43,170 nucleotides of DNA from Chiloscyllium plagiosum (GCF_004010195.1 NC_057752.1:11660273-11703442); one strand, 5' to 3'. Numbered from the stretch's first letter, positions 24,376-35,489 are shown. The notes: generated by a model from the sequence alone, not told the origin. Numbers and translations are program-made.

Positions 24376-24695
24376 AATGAGATGCTGAGAAGAAAGATTT
24401 TAATGGAATGCCATCGGATAGACAAGCAGAACCACCTTCAGGATGGAAGTGCTTTTCCTAACGTGCCCTTGATCTATAGTACCAATCACTTGAAATCTGT
24501 GCCCTCTGATAACACATATCTCTGCTCAGGGAAGGTGGTCTTCCAGGTCCAATCAAACAAATGCCATCTTCATTCGCTTATTATCCTGTTTAGTTGGCTC
24601 ATCAATGGTCCTTCAGATTTCTTCTATCTTCCGCTTTAAACATAGGCCAAACATTGCCTGCTATTTAGTCCTCTAATGATGTTCTGCACAGGTAG

Positions 24696-26070
24696 CTATA
24701 GGCCAGTTAGCTTAACATCTGTAGTCGGGAAAATGCTGGAGGCTATCATGAAAGAAGAAATAGTGAGACATTTGGATGGAAAGGGTTCCATTAGGCAGAC
24801 ATAGCATGGATTCAGGAAGAGAAGGTCGTGTTTGACAAACTTATTAGAGCTCTTTGAGGATATAACAAGTGCGGTGGATGGAGGGGAACAACTGGATGTT
24901 GCATACGTGGATTTCCAGAAGGCATTCGACAAGATGCCACATAAAAGATTCATCCATAAGATAAGAATGCATGGAGTTGTGGAAAATGTACTATCATGGA
25001 TAGAGGACTGGTTAACCAATAGAAAGCAGAGACTTAGGATAAATGTGTGTTTCTCTGGTTGGAGATCATTGGTGAGCAGGATCGGTGTTGGATACGCAAC
25101 TGTTCATGATTTATATAAATGATCTGGAAGAGGACACCGAATGTAACATCTCCAAATTTGCTGATGACACTAAATTGAGTGGAAAGGCAAACTTTGAAGA
25201 GCTTGTGAAGGGTGTGCAGAGAGGTTTAGATTGGTTAAGTGAGTGGGCAAGGGGCTGGCAGATGGAGGATAATGTTGGTAATTGTGCAGTTACCCACTTT
25301 GGAAGGAAAAATATTAGGTCAGTGCCCTATTTAAATGATGAAAGATTGCAGCATGCTGTTGTGCAGAGAGACTTAGGAGTGCACGTACATGAATCACTAG
25401 AAGTTGATTTTCAGGCGCAACAGGTAATCAAGAAGACAAACGGAATATTAACTTTCACTGCCAGAGGAATTGAATTTTAGAGCAAGGAGGTTCTGCTGCA
25501 ATTGTACAACGTATTGGTGAGGCCACACATGGGGTGTTGCGCTCAGTTCTGGTCTTGAGGAAGGATCTACTGGCTTTGGAGGCGGTGCAGAGTAGATTCA
25601 CCAGGTTAATTCCAGAGATGAGGAGGTTACCCTATTAGGAGAGGTTGAGCCACCTGGGACTTACTCGCTACAATTTAGAAAAAATGAGAGGGGATCTTAT
25701 AGAAACATACAAAATTATGAAAGGGCTAGATAAGATAGAGGGAGGCAAGTTGTTTCTGCTGTTGTGTGAGACTAAGACTAGGGAACATGGCCTCAAGATT
25801 AGGGGGAGTAGATTCAGGACAGAGATGAGGAGGAACTGTTTTTCCCACACAGTAGTGAATCGATGGAATTCTCTGCCCAAGGAAGCAGTAGAGGCAGGTT
25901 CATTAATATATTCAACACACAATTGGATGGGTTTTTGCATGGTAGGGAAATTAAGGGTTATGGGGATAATATTGAGATGATGGATAGATCAGCCATGATC
26001 TTAATGAATGGCAGAGCGGGCTTGATGGGCCAAATGGGCCCACTCTTTCTTCTATTACTATGAAACTACG
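24696..26070 (+). mobile_element. CR1 LINE RT to 3' end (intronic)
   Basis: YRPVSLT, YVDFQKAFDKMPH, YINDLEE..SKFADDTKL, MRGDLIETYKI, WNSLP. Confidence 0.92.
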
Positions 26071-26125
26071 ATTGCTGAACATATAAGCGACGCTGCTCTC
26101 TCTCCACACTGTTTAAAAACAATTA

Positions 26126-26346
26126 CAGGTAGCCCCCCACTATCTGAAAATAAATCATTCCCAGGAAACATTTTGTAAGCCAAAAATGGCGCAAAGCGAA
26201 GGTGCATGATTTATATGGGAAAAAGTTTTTGCCGTTTTTCGTAGAAGAGAAAATCCTTTTCAGATTTGTGAAAACAGGTGAGAATGTAGGTCTTTCATAA
26301 AAGTAAAACTATGTAAAGTGAACGTTTGAAAAGCAGGGGATACATG
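26126..26346. mobile_element. Probable Tc1/mariner (pogo/Tigger-like) MITE
   Basis: Imperfect terminal inverted repeats: TA|CAGGTAGCCCCCCACTATCTGAA vs reverse CATGTATCCCCTGCTTTTCAAA; ~220 bp, non-coding. Confidence 0.45.
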
Positions 26347-26709
26347 TGTACAAACCGGATATTTTCTCTGCTTTTTGAATAGTTCACCAAATAGTGACAT
26401 TGAATATTCCAGTAGAAGGTTTAAAGGCATGACCATTACAAAAACTATGAAACAGGATTCTAGTGCCAGAGCTAACAATTTGCTTGAGGAAGACAGGGAC
26501 ATGGGAACAGGAATTGGCCATTCAGTCCATCAAGCCTGCCCTGCCAGTTAGTTCAATCCTTGCTGATCGAATAATTCAATCTCTTTTATGCTGACTATCC
26601 ATGCAAACCTTTACACCATTCACAATCAACAAAAATGTCTGCCTGAATTATACTGAAGACTGCGCTTCCTCAAGCTGACAGATTAGACAATTCCCAAAGA
26701 TTCAGAGGC

Positions 26710-27610
26710 ATTGGTGGGATTGTGACCAGTGAAGAGGCTTGTCCAAGTGTACAACGGGATCAAATGGACCAGTGGGCCAAGGAATGGCAGATGCAGTTTA
26801 ATTTAGATAATTACAAGGTTTTGCATTTTACTAAGACAAACCAATGCAGGGTTTACGCAGTTAATGGTAGGACCCTTGGGCAGTGTTGTTGAACAGAGAG
26901 ATCAAAGGTTGCAGGTACATAGTTCCTTGAAAGTAGCATCACGGGTAGATAGGGAGGTGAACAGAAGGAGGTTGGCATGCTTGCTTTCGTCGGTCAGAGC
27001 ATTGAGTACAGGAGTTGGGATGCCATGCTGCACTTGAACAAGACATTGGCAAGTCCACATTTGGAGTATTGTGTATAATTCTGGTCGCCCGTTATGGGAA
27101 GGATGGTATTAAACTGGAAAAGGGGCAATAAAGATTGACATGGATGTTAGTGAGACTTAAGGTTTTGAGTTATAAAAGGCGGTTGGATAGTCTGGGACTT
27201 TTTCTTTTCCCTGCAGATTCGAAGGCTGAGGGGTGAACATCTAGACGTTTACAAAATCATGAAGGGCACAGATGTGGTAAATAGCCAAGATCATTTTTTC
27301 CAGGTGACGGAGTCCAAACCTAGAGGGCATAGGTTTAAGAAGAGAGGGGAAAGATTTAAAAGGGGCCTGAGGGGCAACTTTTCCATGCACAGGGTGGTGC
27401 ATGTAGGAAAGAGCTGCCAGAGGAAGTGGCAGAGGTCGGTACAATTACAACATTTAAAAGGCATCAGGATGGGGACATGGATGGGAAAGGTTTAGAGGGA
27501 AATGGGCCACATGCAGGCAAATGGGACTAGTTCAGTTTCAGAAACCTGGCCAGCATGGATGAGGTGGGCCTAATGGTCTGTTTCCGTGCTGTATAACTCC
27601 AAGACTCTAT
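26710..27610 (+). mobile_element. CR1 3' fragment (counterpart of 950-1852 within the duplication)
   Basis: Colinear with 950-1852; KPRGHRFK and HLEYCV motifs. Confidence 0.85.
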
Positions 27611-28049
27611 TTGAATAAAAACATTTCTGCTTGGCTCAGTTAGTCCTAAATTGTAGCCCCCTGATTTTAAAATTGCATTCCTGCTGCTTCATCTGGGCTT
27701 TTCTCCATCTCCTGTCTGATCATTGGGTAGGGGAGCTGATCCTCGGTGACTTGAATTATCTGGAAGGATATTCAGTCTAAACCTGGGGTATGGAGAATAA
27801 ATGGTTCACCTGTGTCTGGGAGTGAATGAATACTCAATCTCTGTGCTTAACCCTGTCAATCCAGGAATGGGTGATTTCATTGGAAAAGGGTTGGGTGAAG
27901 ATTGCAATTTGTTTTCAATTATTATGGTCTCACCACAAGCCAACAAACAAGTTTCAGATTGCAACATTCTATCCATCCAGTTTGAACTAAGCACTAAAAA
28001 TGACTGACCAGTAACTTCCAGCTCCTTAACCCTTTTCTCTTTGTTGCAG

Positions 28050-28963
28050 TTAACTTACTAGGAATTCTAATCCTGTCTCGTGGAAAGTGTGGTCTCTCTT
28101 CATGTACTACTCAATACCTTGTGGCCATGGCAACTGCAGATCTCCTGGTCATCATCACCTCCGTAATCTTGTGGCGAATCAGTTATTATTATTTCCCAGG
28201 ATCATTCTTGGACATCACCCCTTTGTGTAGTATTAACTCTGCCCTGGTGTCTGCAGCAACAGATTGTTCTGTTTGGTTCACTGTCACATTTTCCTCTGAT
28301 CGATTTGTGGCAATTTGTTGCCAGAAGCTGAAAGTAAAATACTGCACTGGGAAAAATGCAGCCATGGTCCTAGCAGCAACATCCATCCTGTTCTGCTTTA
28401 AAAATGTCCCCTGGTACTTTACATATGAAAGTCTGGTGATAATCGACAATGTGCCATGGTTCTGTGCTGCAAAGGCCAGCTATTATAGTGATCCTGGATG
28501 GGTTGGTTTTGATTGGTTGGTTACAGTTTTAACCCCTTTCCTCCCATTTGCTTTAATTGTGTTGCTCAACGCTCTGACGGTCAGACACATTCTGGTGGCC
28601 AGTCGAGTCCGTAAGAGACTGCGGGGTCAGAGCAAGGGAGAGAGTCACAGTGACCCAGAGATGGAGAGCCGAAGGAAATCCATGATTTTACTTTTCACGA
28701 TATCAGGCAGCTTCATCCTCCTCTGGTCTGTGCATGTCATAGAATTCTTATATTATACCATTTTAGGAATTGATCCCCAGAGGGATTACAAATATTCCGA
28801 ATATGTCTTTAAACAAGTTGGATGGATGATGCGAGATTTAAGTTGCTGCACAAACACATTTATTTATGGGGTGACTCAGTCGAAGTTCAGAGAGCAGGTC
28901 AAGAGTGTTGTGAAATATCCAGTTGTGTTAATTTTTCATTTTATCAATAAAAAAAACAGGTGA
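28050..28963 (+). CDS. Orphan GPR139/GPR142-like class A GPCR, coding exon 2 (whole protein 326 aa)
   Basis: Acceptor ttgttgcag|TT; open frame to TGA at 28963. TM2 YLVAMATADLL, TM3 C..SVWFTVTFSSDRFVAIC, TM5 PFLPF..N, ICL3 DPEMESRRKS, TM7 NTFIY, helix 8 SKFREQV. Confidence 0.92.
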
Positions 28964-29191
28964 GAATGGACCATGTTTCAATAGGGTTGCCTCTCATTTT
29001 TCTAAGCTCCAATAAATACTGGCACAAAGTCTCCTCATCTGACCTCTCCTCATCACGCAGTCCTTCCATACCTGGGATCAGCCGAGTGAACCTTCTCTGG
29101 ACTGTCTCCAAAGCCAGTCTATCTTCCATTAGAACATTAGAACTAGGAGCAGGAGTAGGCCATTCAGCCCATCGAGTGTGCTCCACCATTT

Positions 29192-31929
29192 ATGAGAAGC
29201 ATAAACAGGCTAAACATCAAAGGCATTTTTACTGGCCTGGACTACACAAAGATGTTGTTGAATTTTGCCAGACGTGTCATACATGTCAGCTAATCAGAAA
29301 ACCATAGTCAGTAATAAAACCTGCACCTTTAATGCCTATTCCAACATTTGAGGAACCTTTCATAAGTCTTGATTGATTGCGTAGGTCCCCTACCTCAAAC
29401 AAAAAGTGGGAATAAGTATTTATTAACAATAATGGATTTGTCAAATCGATTTCCAGAGGCAATCGCATTGCGCAACATCACAGCAAAATTATGTACATTT
29501 GTTACTAGACACAGACTACCAATAGAAATCCAGTCAGATCAATGATCAAACTTCGCATTCAAACTATTCAAGGAGGTTATGGATAACTTGGAAATAAAGC
29601 AATTCAAATCTACTGCGTACCATCTGGAATTGCAGAGACCACTAGAGAAATGGCATCAAACACTAAAGACCATGTTGAGGCCATGTTTTGGGTGGCATGG
29701 TGGCACAGTGGTTAGCACTGCTGCCTCACAGTGCCAGAAACCCAGGTTCAATTCCCGCCTCAGGCAACTGTCTGTGTGGAGTTTGCATATTCTCCCCGTG
29801 TCTGCGTGGGTTTCCTCCGGGTGCTCTGGTTTCCTCCCACAGTCCAAAAAAAAAATGTGCAGGTTAGGTGAATTGGCTATGCTAAATTACCCGTAGTGTT
29901 AGGTGTAGGGGAATGGGCGGGTTGGTGTGGACTTGTTGTGCCGAAGGGCCTGTTTCCACACTGTAAGTAATCTAATCTTATGGTCAGGATTATCCAAATG
30001 ATTGGGCTAAGGGAGTTCTATTTGTACCTTTTATGATCAGAGATGCACCAAATGAATCGACAAAATTCAGTCCATTCGAATTGATGTTTGGGCATAAAGT
30101 AAGAGGACCATTAAAATTGATTAAGCAAAAATTAGTAAGTTAGAATTCAGAGACCACCCATTTGGACAATGTGTCAAATTTTAGAGAACGATTAAATAAA
30201 ACAGGAAGTGGATAAGAAATCACAAATTCTCAATTTTGGGGATAAGGTATTGGTGTTATTTCCAGTGACAGGTGAGCCTTTAAGAGCACGGTTTAGGGGA
30301 TCTTATCAAATCGAGAGGAAATTGAAGGAAGTGAATTATTTGATAAGGACTCCAGACAGGAAGAAATCTCACACAGTGTGTCATATGAATATGCTCAAAA
30401 TGTATTTTGACAGGGAAGGAAAGCAAGAGGAGAAGCTGTTACTGGTTACAACACAGCGGGAAGAACCATGTTCAGAGGATTCTGAATTGGACATTCCTCA
30501 AATTAAATTGAACAATAAGGAAGTTGTCAAAAAGTGGGATAAACTATTGACTTACCTTCCACAAGAAAATCGAAATGACCTGAAAGAGTTATTACTATCA
30601 CATGGGGAGATATGTGGAAATAAACTTGGAAGTACTAACCTAATTGTGCAAGATCTAGAGATAAGAAATGCTGTTCCGATTAAGCAACATCCTGATAGGC
30701 ACAACCCTCTAAGTTGGCACAGGTTCAGAAGGAGGTAGAGCGCATGCTCCAAGATGGCATAATCGAAGTGAGTTACAATGACTGGAGCTCACCCATAGTC
30801 ACGGTGCCAAAGCCAGATGGTACCCAACGGTTACGTGTGGACCATCACAAAGTCAACACTGTTACAAAGACTGATGTATATCCAATTCCACAGTTGGAGG
30901 ACTGTGTCGAAAAAGTGGGACAAGCAACTTACATTTCTAAGTTGGAGTTGCTCAGAGGCTACTGGCAAGTACCTCTGTCAGAGAGCGCAAAGGAAATTTC
31001 AGCTTTCGTAACACCAAATGGGCTATATCAGTTCAAAGTCATGCCATTTGGTATGAAAAATGCTCCAGCCACATTTCAGAGACTGGCTAATAAGATCATT
31101 GCTGGGTTACCCAACTGTGTAGTGTATATTGATGACCTGGTGATTTTTAGTCACTCATGGAAAGAACATTGATAGCATTTATCGGACTTGTCTGATTGAC
31201 TTCAGAAGACAGGCTTGGTGGTAAACCGAGTTAAAAGTGAATTTGCCAAAGCCCCAAGTCACCTTCCTGGGCCATGTTATTGGGATGGACAAATGGCCCC
31301 ACGAGATGCAAAAATGAAAGTAATTAGAGAATTTTCCACACTTTCAATGAAAAAAGCCGTCCTACATGCCTGGGGTTGAATTGATTTTACCGAAGGTTTA
31401 TGCCAAACTTTAGCATGTCGCTGCGCCACTCACTGAATTGTCAAAAAAGGGCAAGAAGTTTCAGTGGACAGCAGACTGACAAAAGGCATTTGACAGCCTA
31501 AACACTGCGTTAACCACTGCCCCAGTATTAGCCACACCAGATTACACGAAGCCTTTCAAGGTGGCTATTGATGCCAGTGACGTGGGTGTCAGTGCGGTGC
31601 TCCTGCAGGAGGATGACGAGGGGATAGAAAGACCCATCAGGTATTTTTCCAGTAAGTTGAATGCTCATCACCAGAAATACTCAACGGTGGAGAAAGAGAC
31701 TTTAAGCTTGGTGTTGGCATTACAACATTTCAGTGTTTATATTACCAGCAATGCATCTGAGACAATCGTATACACTGATCATATCCCATTGACATTTGTA
31801 GAAAAACTTAAGGACAAAAATGCCAGACTGTTTAGATGGAACTTGTTGCTGCAGTCATTCAATTTGACAATTGTGCATGTGGCAGGTCGTGAAAACGTGA
31901 CTGCTGATGCATTATCAAGATTCGAATGA
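29192..31929 (+). mobile_element. Gypsy LTR retrotransposon pol remnant with Gmr1-type order (integrase, then RT, then RNase H), 5'-truncated
   Basis: Integrase zinc finger HFYWPGLHKDV..CQTCHTCQ, core STAYH.. and SH3-like GDKVLVL..NYLI (30208). Then RT WSSPIV.VPKPDG..GYWQVP..MPFGMKNAPATFQR..YIDD and RNase H DASDVG..YSTVEKE..YTDH..ADALSR. Many stops and frameshifts. Confidence 0.92.
29690..29978 (+). mobile_element. HE1/V-SINE-type SINE nested in the Gypsy integrase
   Basis: Box A tggcacagtgg, box B ggttcaattcc, (aatct)n tail. Confidence 0.88.
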
Positions 31930-32029
31930 GATACGGAGGTGTTCAGTGATGGGTGTACCAAAGCTGGCTTCTTTTTTCTGAAAGCTGTTCCATTTCTCAA
32001 GCTCCTTGGTTTTTTTTTCTCAGAGGGGT

Positions 32030-32695
32030 AATAAACCGCACTCAGTTCCAGTTAGTCTGATTTGGTACAGAGATGAAAAGGATTTTGCGAGGTCATTTGC
32101 TTATTTGTATACAGATGAGACTTCAGGCCAAAGTGGACATGTTTTAGAAGTGACCTGTAGAATGAAAGGGGAGTGGTCAGCTCTCTAGCTGAGCAGTTTA
32201 GTTCAGTCCAAATCTGGTTGGGAGTTCAACAGTGAGCTGTGTGGAAACTCTGTCTTCTGTCCTTCTAACTTTAACCTGTACTGTGTTTTAAAAGGGGTTT
32301 GCTTATTAGGACTGTTGTGTATATTCAGAACAGCAGTTTGGATAGACTGAGTTCTGTAAGGGTTCTTTATACTGTTTTTCGTGTTTCATTGTATAATTTT
32401 GAGAGTAAGGTTTTTGTCTGCTTTAAAACCTGGTAGTCAACGTCGCTACATTACTCTGGGTAATTTTCACTGTACACTTACTGAAACAAATTGCAAAGTT
32501 ATTGTCTGGGCTGCCTGCTTAAGAATGTTTTGAGTGGCCTGGCCTAGTCCATGGAGGCGCGGTAGTAGTTTGGCGAAACCAGCAGACAAGGGAGGCGCGG
32601 TAGTAGTTTGGCGCACTTACTGAAACAAATTGCAAAGTTATTGTCTGGGCTGCCTGCTTAAGAATGTTTTGAGTGGCCTGGCCTAGTCCATAACA
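32030..32695 (+). mobile_element. Probable 3' LTR of the Gypsy element (5' edge uncertain)
   Basis: Non-coding segment after the RNase H stop, ending in ccataACA; resembles 17499-18105 locally. Confidence 0.55.
32475..32691 (+). repeat. Perfect 78 bp direct repeats flanking a 61 bp CpG-rich insert that contains two perfect 23 bp repeats
   Basis: 32475-32552 = 32614-32691. ggaggcgcggtagtagtttggcg at 32553-32575 and 32591-32613, separated by 15 nt. Confidence 0.95.
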
Positions 32696-33005
32696 GTTCA
32701 CTTGAGTATATAACTTGAAAAAAAAAGTTCTGGGGTTTACATATGAAAGAACTGAAACCAACATGGTCATTCTAAAACATGAGTGACTTAACAAAATCTA
32801 GGTCTTCTTCAATATATAATTTCAGTTGCATCACACTGTAAACTTTTGTTATAAATTCTGTGTCTTACAATCTTATTCTCCACAACCACCTGATGAAGGA
32901 GCAGTGCTCCGAAAGCTAGTGTTTCCAAATAAACCTGTTGGACTATCACCAGGCGTTGTGTGATTTTTAACTTTGTCCACCCCAGTCCAACACTAGCACC
33001 TCCAA
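32696..33005 (+). mobile_element. Penelope-like element terminal repeat (pLTR) fragment
   Basis: The 3' part matches the TSD-flanked insertion at 15415-15541; contains the hammerhead core and AATAAA at 32928. Confidence 0.7.
32887..32921 (+). ncRNA. Minimal type I hammerhead ribozyme motif (intact core)
   Basis: CAC-CUGAUGA-A-GGAGC(AGU)GCUCC-GAAA-GCUA/GUG: both core boxes, 5 bp helix II, palindromic AGCU helix III, CAC/GUG helix I. Predicted cleavage after A32918. Confidence 0.65.
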
Positions 33006-33039
33006 ATGCTGTTTCCTCCTGCAGTCTCACTCCTGACCA

Positions 33040-33540
33040 GACGGTGGCGATGTTTGCTGCTTCTTTGCCCATATCTTGTCTCAGTGAATTGCTATTGAAG
33101 ATGGCGGTGCGGAAGAAGGACGGAGGCCCGAATGTGAAATATTTCGAGGCCTCAGATACGGTGTCGCAGTTTGATAATGTGCGCCTGTGGCTGGGGAAGA
33201 ACTATAAAAAGGTAAGAGATGCGAATGGATTGCGTCAGAGAGGGTGAGGTTATCGATGTTTATGGGGCCCTGGACCGGACCCTGATGGCGGGAGGCGGCT
33301 AGAAGTTCGGCTTTCCCTGTCCTTGACATCGGCCTCGGAGCTTCCTGTTGGGTTGCCCAGCCGACGGTATGAAGTCCCCTGCTGCGGAACGGAGAAACTT
33401 CGGAAGCAGAGGGCAGGCGTTTCCGTTCCTCACTTCATGCTCGGAAGCTGTGGATCAATTCTGCTTCCCAGGTCCCCACTTAAAATCGTCATTTCAAACA
33501 AAATCTGCCCCGTTTGAAACCTTTCCCTCTCGAAAAATTC
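33040..33540. promoter_or_regulatory. CpG-enriched region over SMARCC2 exon 1 and intron 1, with YY1-like AAGATGGCGG and ETS-like CGGAAG motifs
   Basis: Visibly higher CpG density than the flanks; cggaag at ~33401 and ~33442. Confidence 0.5.
33101..33211 (+). CDS. SMARCC2: SWI/SNF subunit SMARCC2 (BAF170), first coding exon
   Basis: [37 protein letters not shown] matches the vertebrate SMARCC2 N-terminus. Strong Kozak AAGATGG; phase-0 donor AAG|GTAAGA after 111 nt. Confidence 0.93.
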
Positions 33541-33894
33541 AAACCCCTTTCCAAACCAACTTCGCCTTCAATCCAGAAGGTTTATTTAAAACAACCAATC
33601 ACCTTTTTTAAAAAAAAAATCCACTGAAAAACCCCTTCCCTGAAAACGCCCCTCCTCTTAAAAAACCTTTTATCCCCATAAGCCCAACATCCCCCCTCCC
33701 TGTACACCCTCTCTTCTCTTTCCCGACCCCTGTAAACTCTCTTTACACCCACTATCCCCTGTAATTCCCCTCCCTCCATAAACCCACAATTCCCCTTTTC
33801 TGCCATAAGCCCACCTCATTTTCCCCTTCCCATACCCCACCACCTCCATCACCTTCTGTCCTACCTGTGACAGACAACTTAGTGAGGGTGAGGT

Positions 33895-35265
33895 CAAGTA
33901 TGTTTTTCCCTCTTGTTGGTTCCCTCACCACCTGCAGCAGACCCCCAGTCTAGCAGCTACATCCTTTAGGACATGACCAGCTCAATCTGTAGTACTGCTG
34001 CCAAATCACTTAGTAATGGATGTTAAAATGCCCCCACCCCGATTAGATTCTGCACCCTTGCCACCTTCAGTACTTTCGCCATATGACGTTTAACTGTAAT
34101 GATTCATCAGCCAATAGAGGATGCTATCCAGTAATCAGTCAGGGTTATAATTGCCCATGCTTGATTTGATGCTATGACATTTCATGGTGTTTGAAGTCAA
34201 TGTTCAGGGCAACTCTCTCTTGACTGTATACCACTCTACTGCCATGTTTGTGTCTGACTTGTTTGTGGGACAGCATATATCCAGGGAAGGTGATAGTTGT
34301 GTCTGGGACGTTGCCTTTAAGCTATGATTACATGAGGCTGTTATTTGACTGGTCTTATGAGACAGCTCTGCCAATCTTGGTACTAGTCCCCACATGTTAG
34401 TCAGGAAGACTTTGTCTAGTTGACAGGGCTGTTTTTTTCCATTGCTGTTTCTGGTGCCTTGGTTGATGCCAGGTGTTCCATCTGTTTTCATTCCTTCTTT
34501 TGCTTTCTGGTGTTTGGTACAACTAAGAATGCTTATCCCTTTCAGAGGGCAATTAACTGTCAACAATATGGGCTGGCACGGTGGCACAGTGGTTAGCACT
34601 GCTGCCTCACAGCACCAAAGTCCCAGGTTTACTTCCTGCCTCAGGCAACTGTCAGTGTGGAGTTTGCACATTCTCCCCGTGTCTGTGTGGGTTTCCTCCG
34701 GGTGCTCCAGTTTCCTCCCACAGTCCAAAAATGTGCAGGTCAGGGTGAATTGGCTGTGCTAAATTGCCCGTAGTGTTAGGTGAAGGGGTAGGTGTGGGGG
34801 AGTGGTCTGGGTGGGTTGCTCTTCGGAGGGTCAGTATGGACTTGTTGGGCCGAAGGGCCTGTTTCCATACTGTAAGTACTCTAATCTAATCTAATCTAAT
34901 CTATGTTTCTTTCCCAAAAGGATATTAGTGAACCAGATGAGTTTTTCTAACAGTCGACAGTAGTTTCATTCGACTCTTAATTCCAGACTTTTATTGAATT
35001 CACATTTCACGATCTGGCATGGCCAGGTTCAAACCTGGATACCCAGAATATTAGAAACAAAATTAGAGGTTGCTGAAAAATCTCAGCAGGTCCAGCAGCA
35101 TCTGTAGAGAGAAAACAGAGTTAACATTTACGGTCCTCCTTCAGTTCTGAATTTTTCCAGCCAACTATTTTTGTTTCTGATTTCTCGCATCTGCAATTCT
35201 TTGTTTCTTTTAACCCAAGAACATCACTTGGGTCTCTGGATTAATAGTCTCGCAATATTACGGGG
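33895..35265 (-). mobile_element. 5' portion of a CR1/L2-group LINE (tRNA-like head and endonuclease), interrupted by a SINE and a Penelope fragment
   Basis: Reverse ORF piece VFLTNMWGLVPRLAELSH (endonuclease start). The head region is similar to 16320-16575. Confidence 0.55.
34570..34903 (+). mobile_element. HE1/V-SINE-type SINE
   Basis: Box A tggcacagtgg, conserved core, (ctaat)n tail. Confidence 0.9.
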
Positions 35266-35489
35266 CCATTGACTGCCCTGATATGCTTTAAAAATGCTTT
35301 TAGATTTTTCTTAATGTTACCCATCGGTGTTTTTTTCATATCCTCCCTTCGTACTCCTAATTTCTTTCAGAAGCAATTCCCAACACTTTCTAAATTCCTC
35401 GAGGTTATCCACAGTTTTGAGCCTTTGGTATCTATTAGCTTCCTGTTTTTTCCCCTTATCCAATCCTGCATTTCCCTTCACATCTCAGG

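Noticed and set aside
28121..28963. 280 aa single-exon ORF taken as the complete GPCR
   Set aside because: It starts at a GTG in TM2; the upstream acceptor and exon 1 supply TM1 and the ATG.
32553..32613. Repeat-spacer-repeat (23/15/23) resembling a mini CRISPR array
   Set aside because: Only two repeats, a short spacer, vertebrate context and no cas genes; better explained as a local duplication.
32960..33247. 95 aa ORF taken as a standalone gene
   Set aside because: Only 33101-33211 matches SMARCC2; the rest is repeat/leader sequence and intron read-through past a canonical donor.
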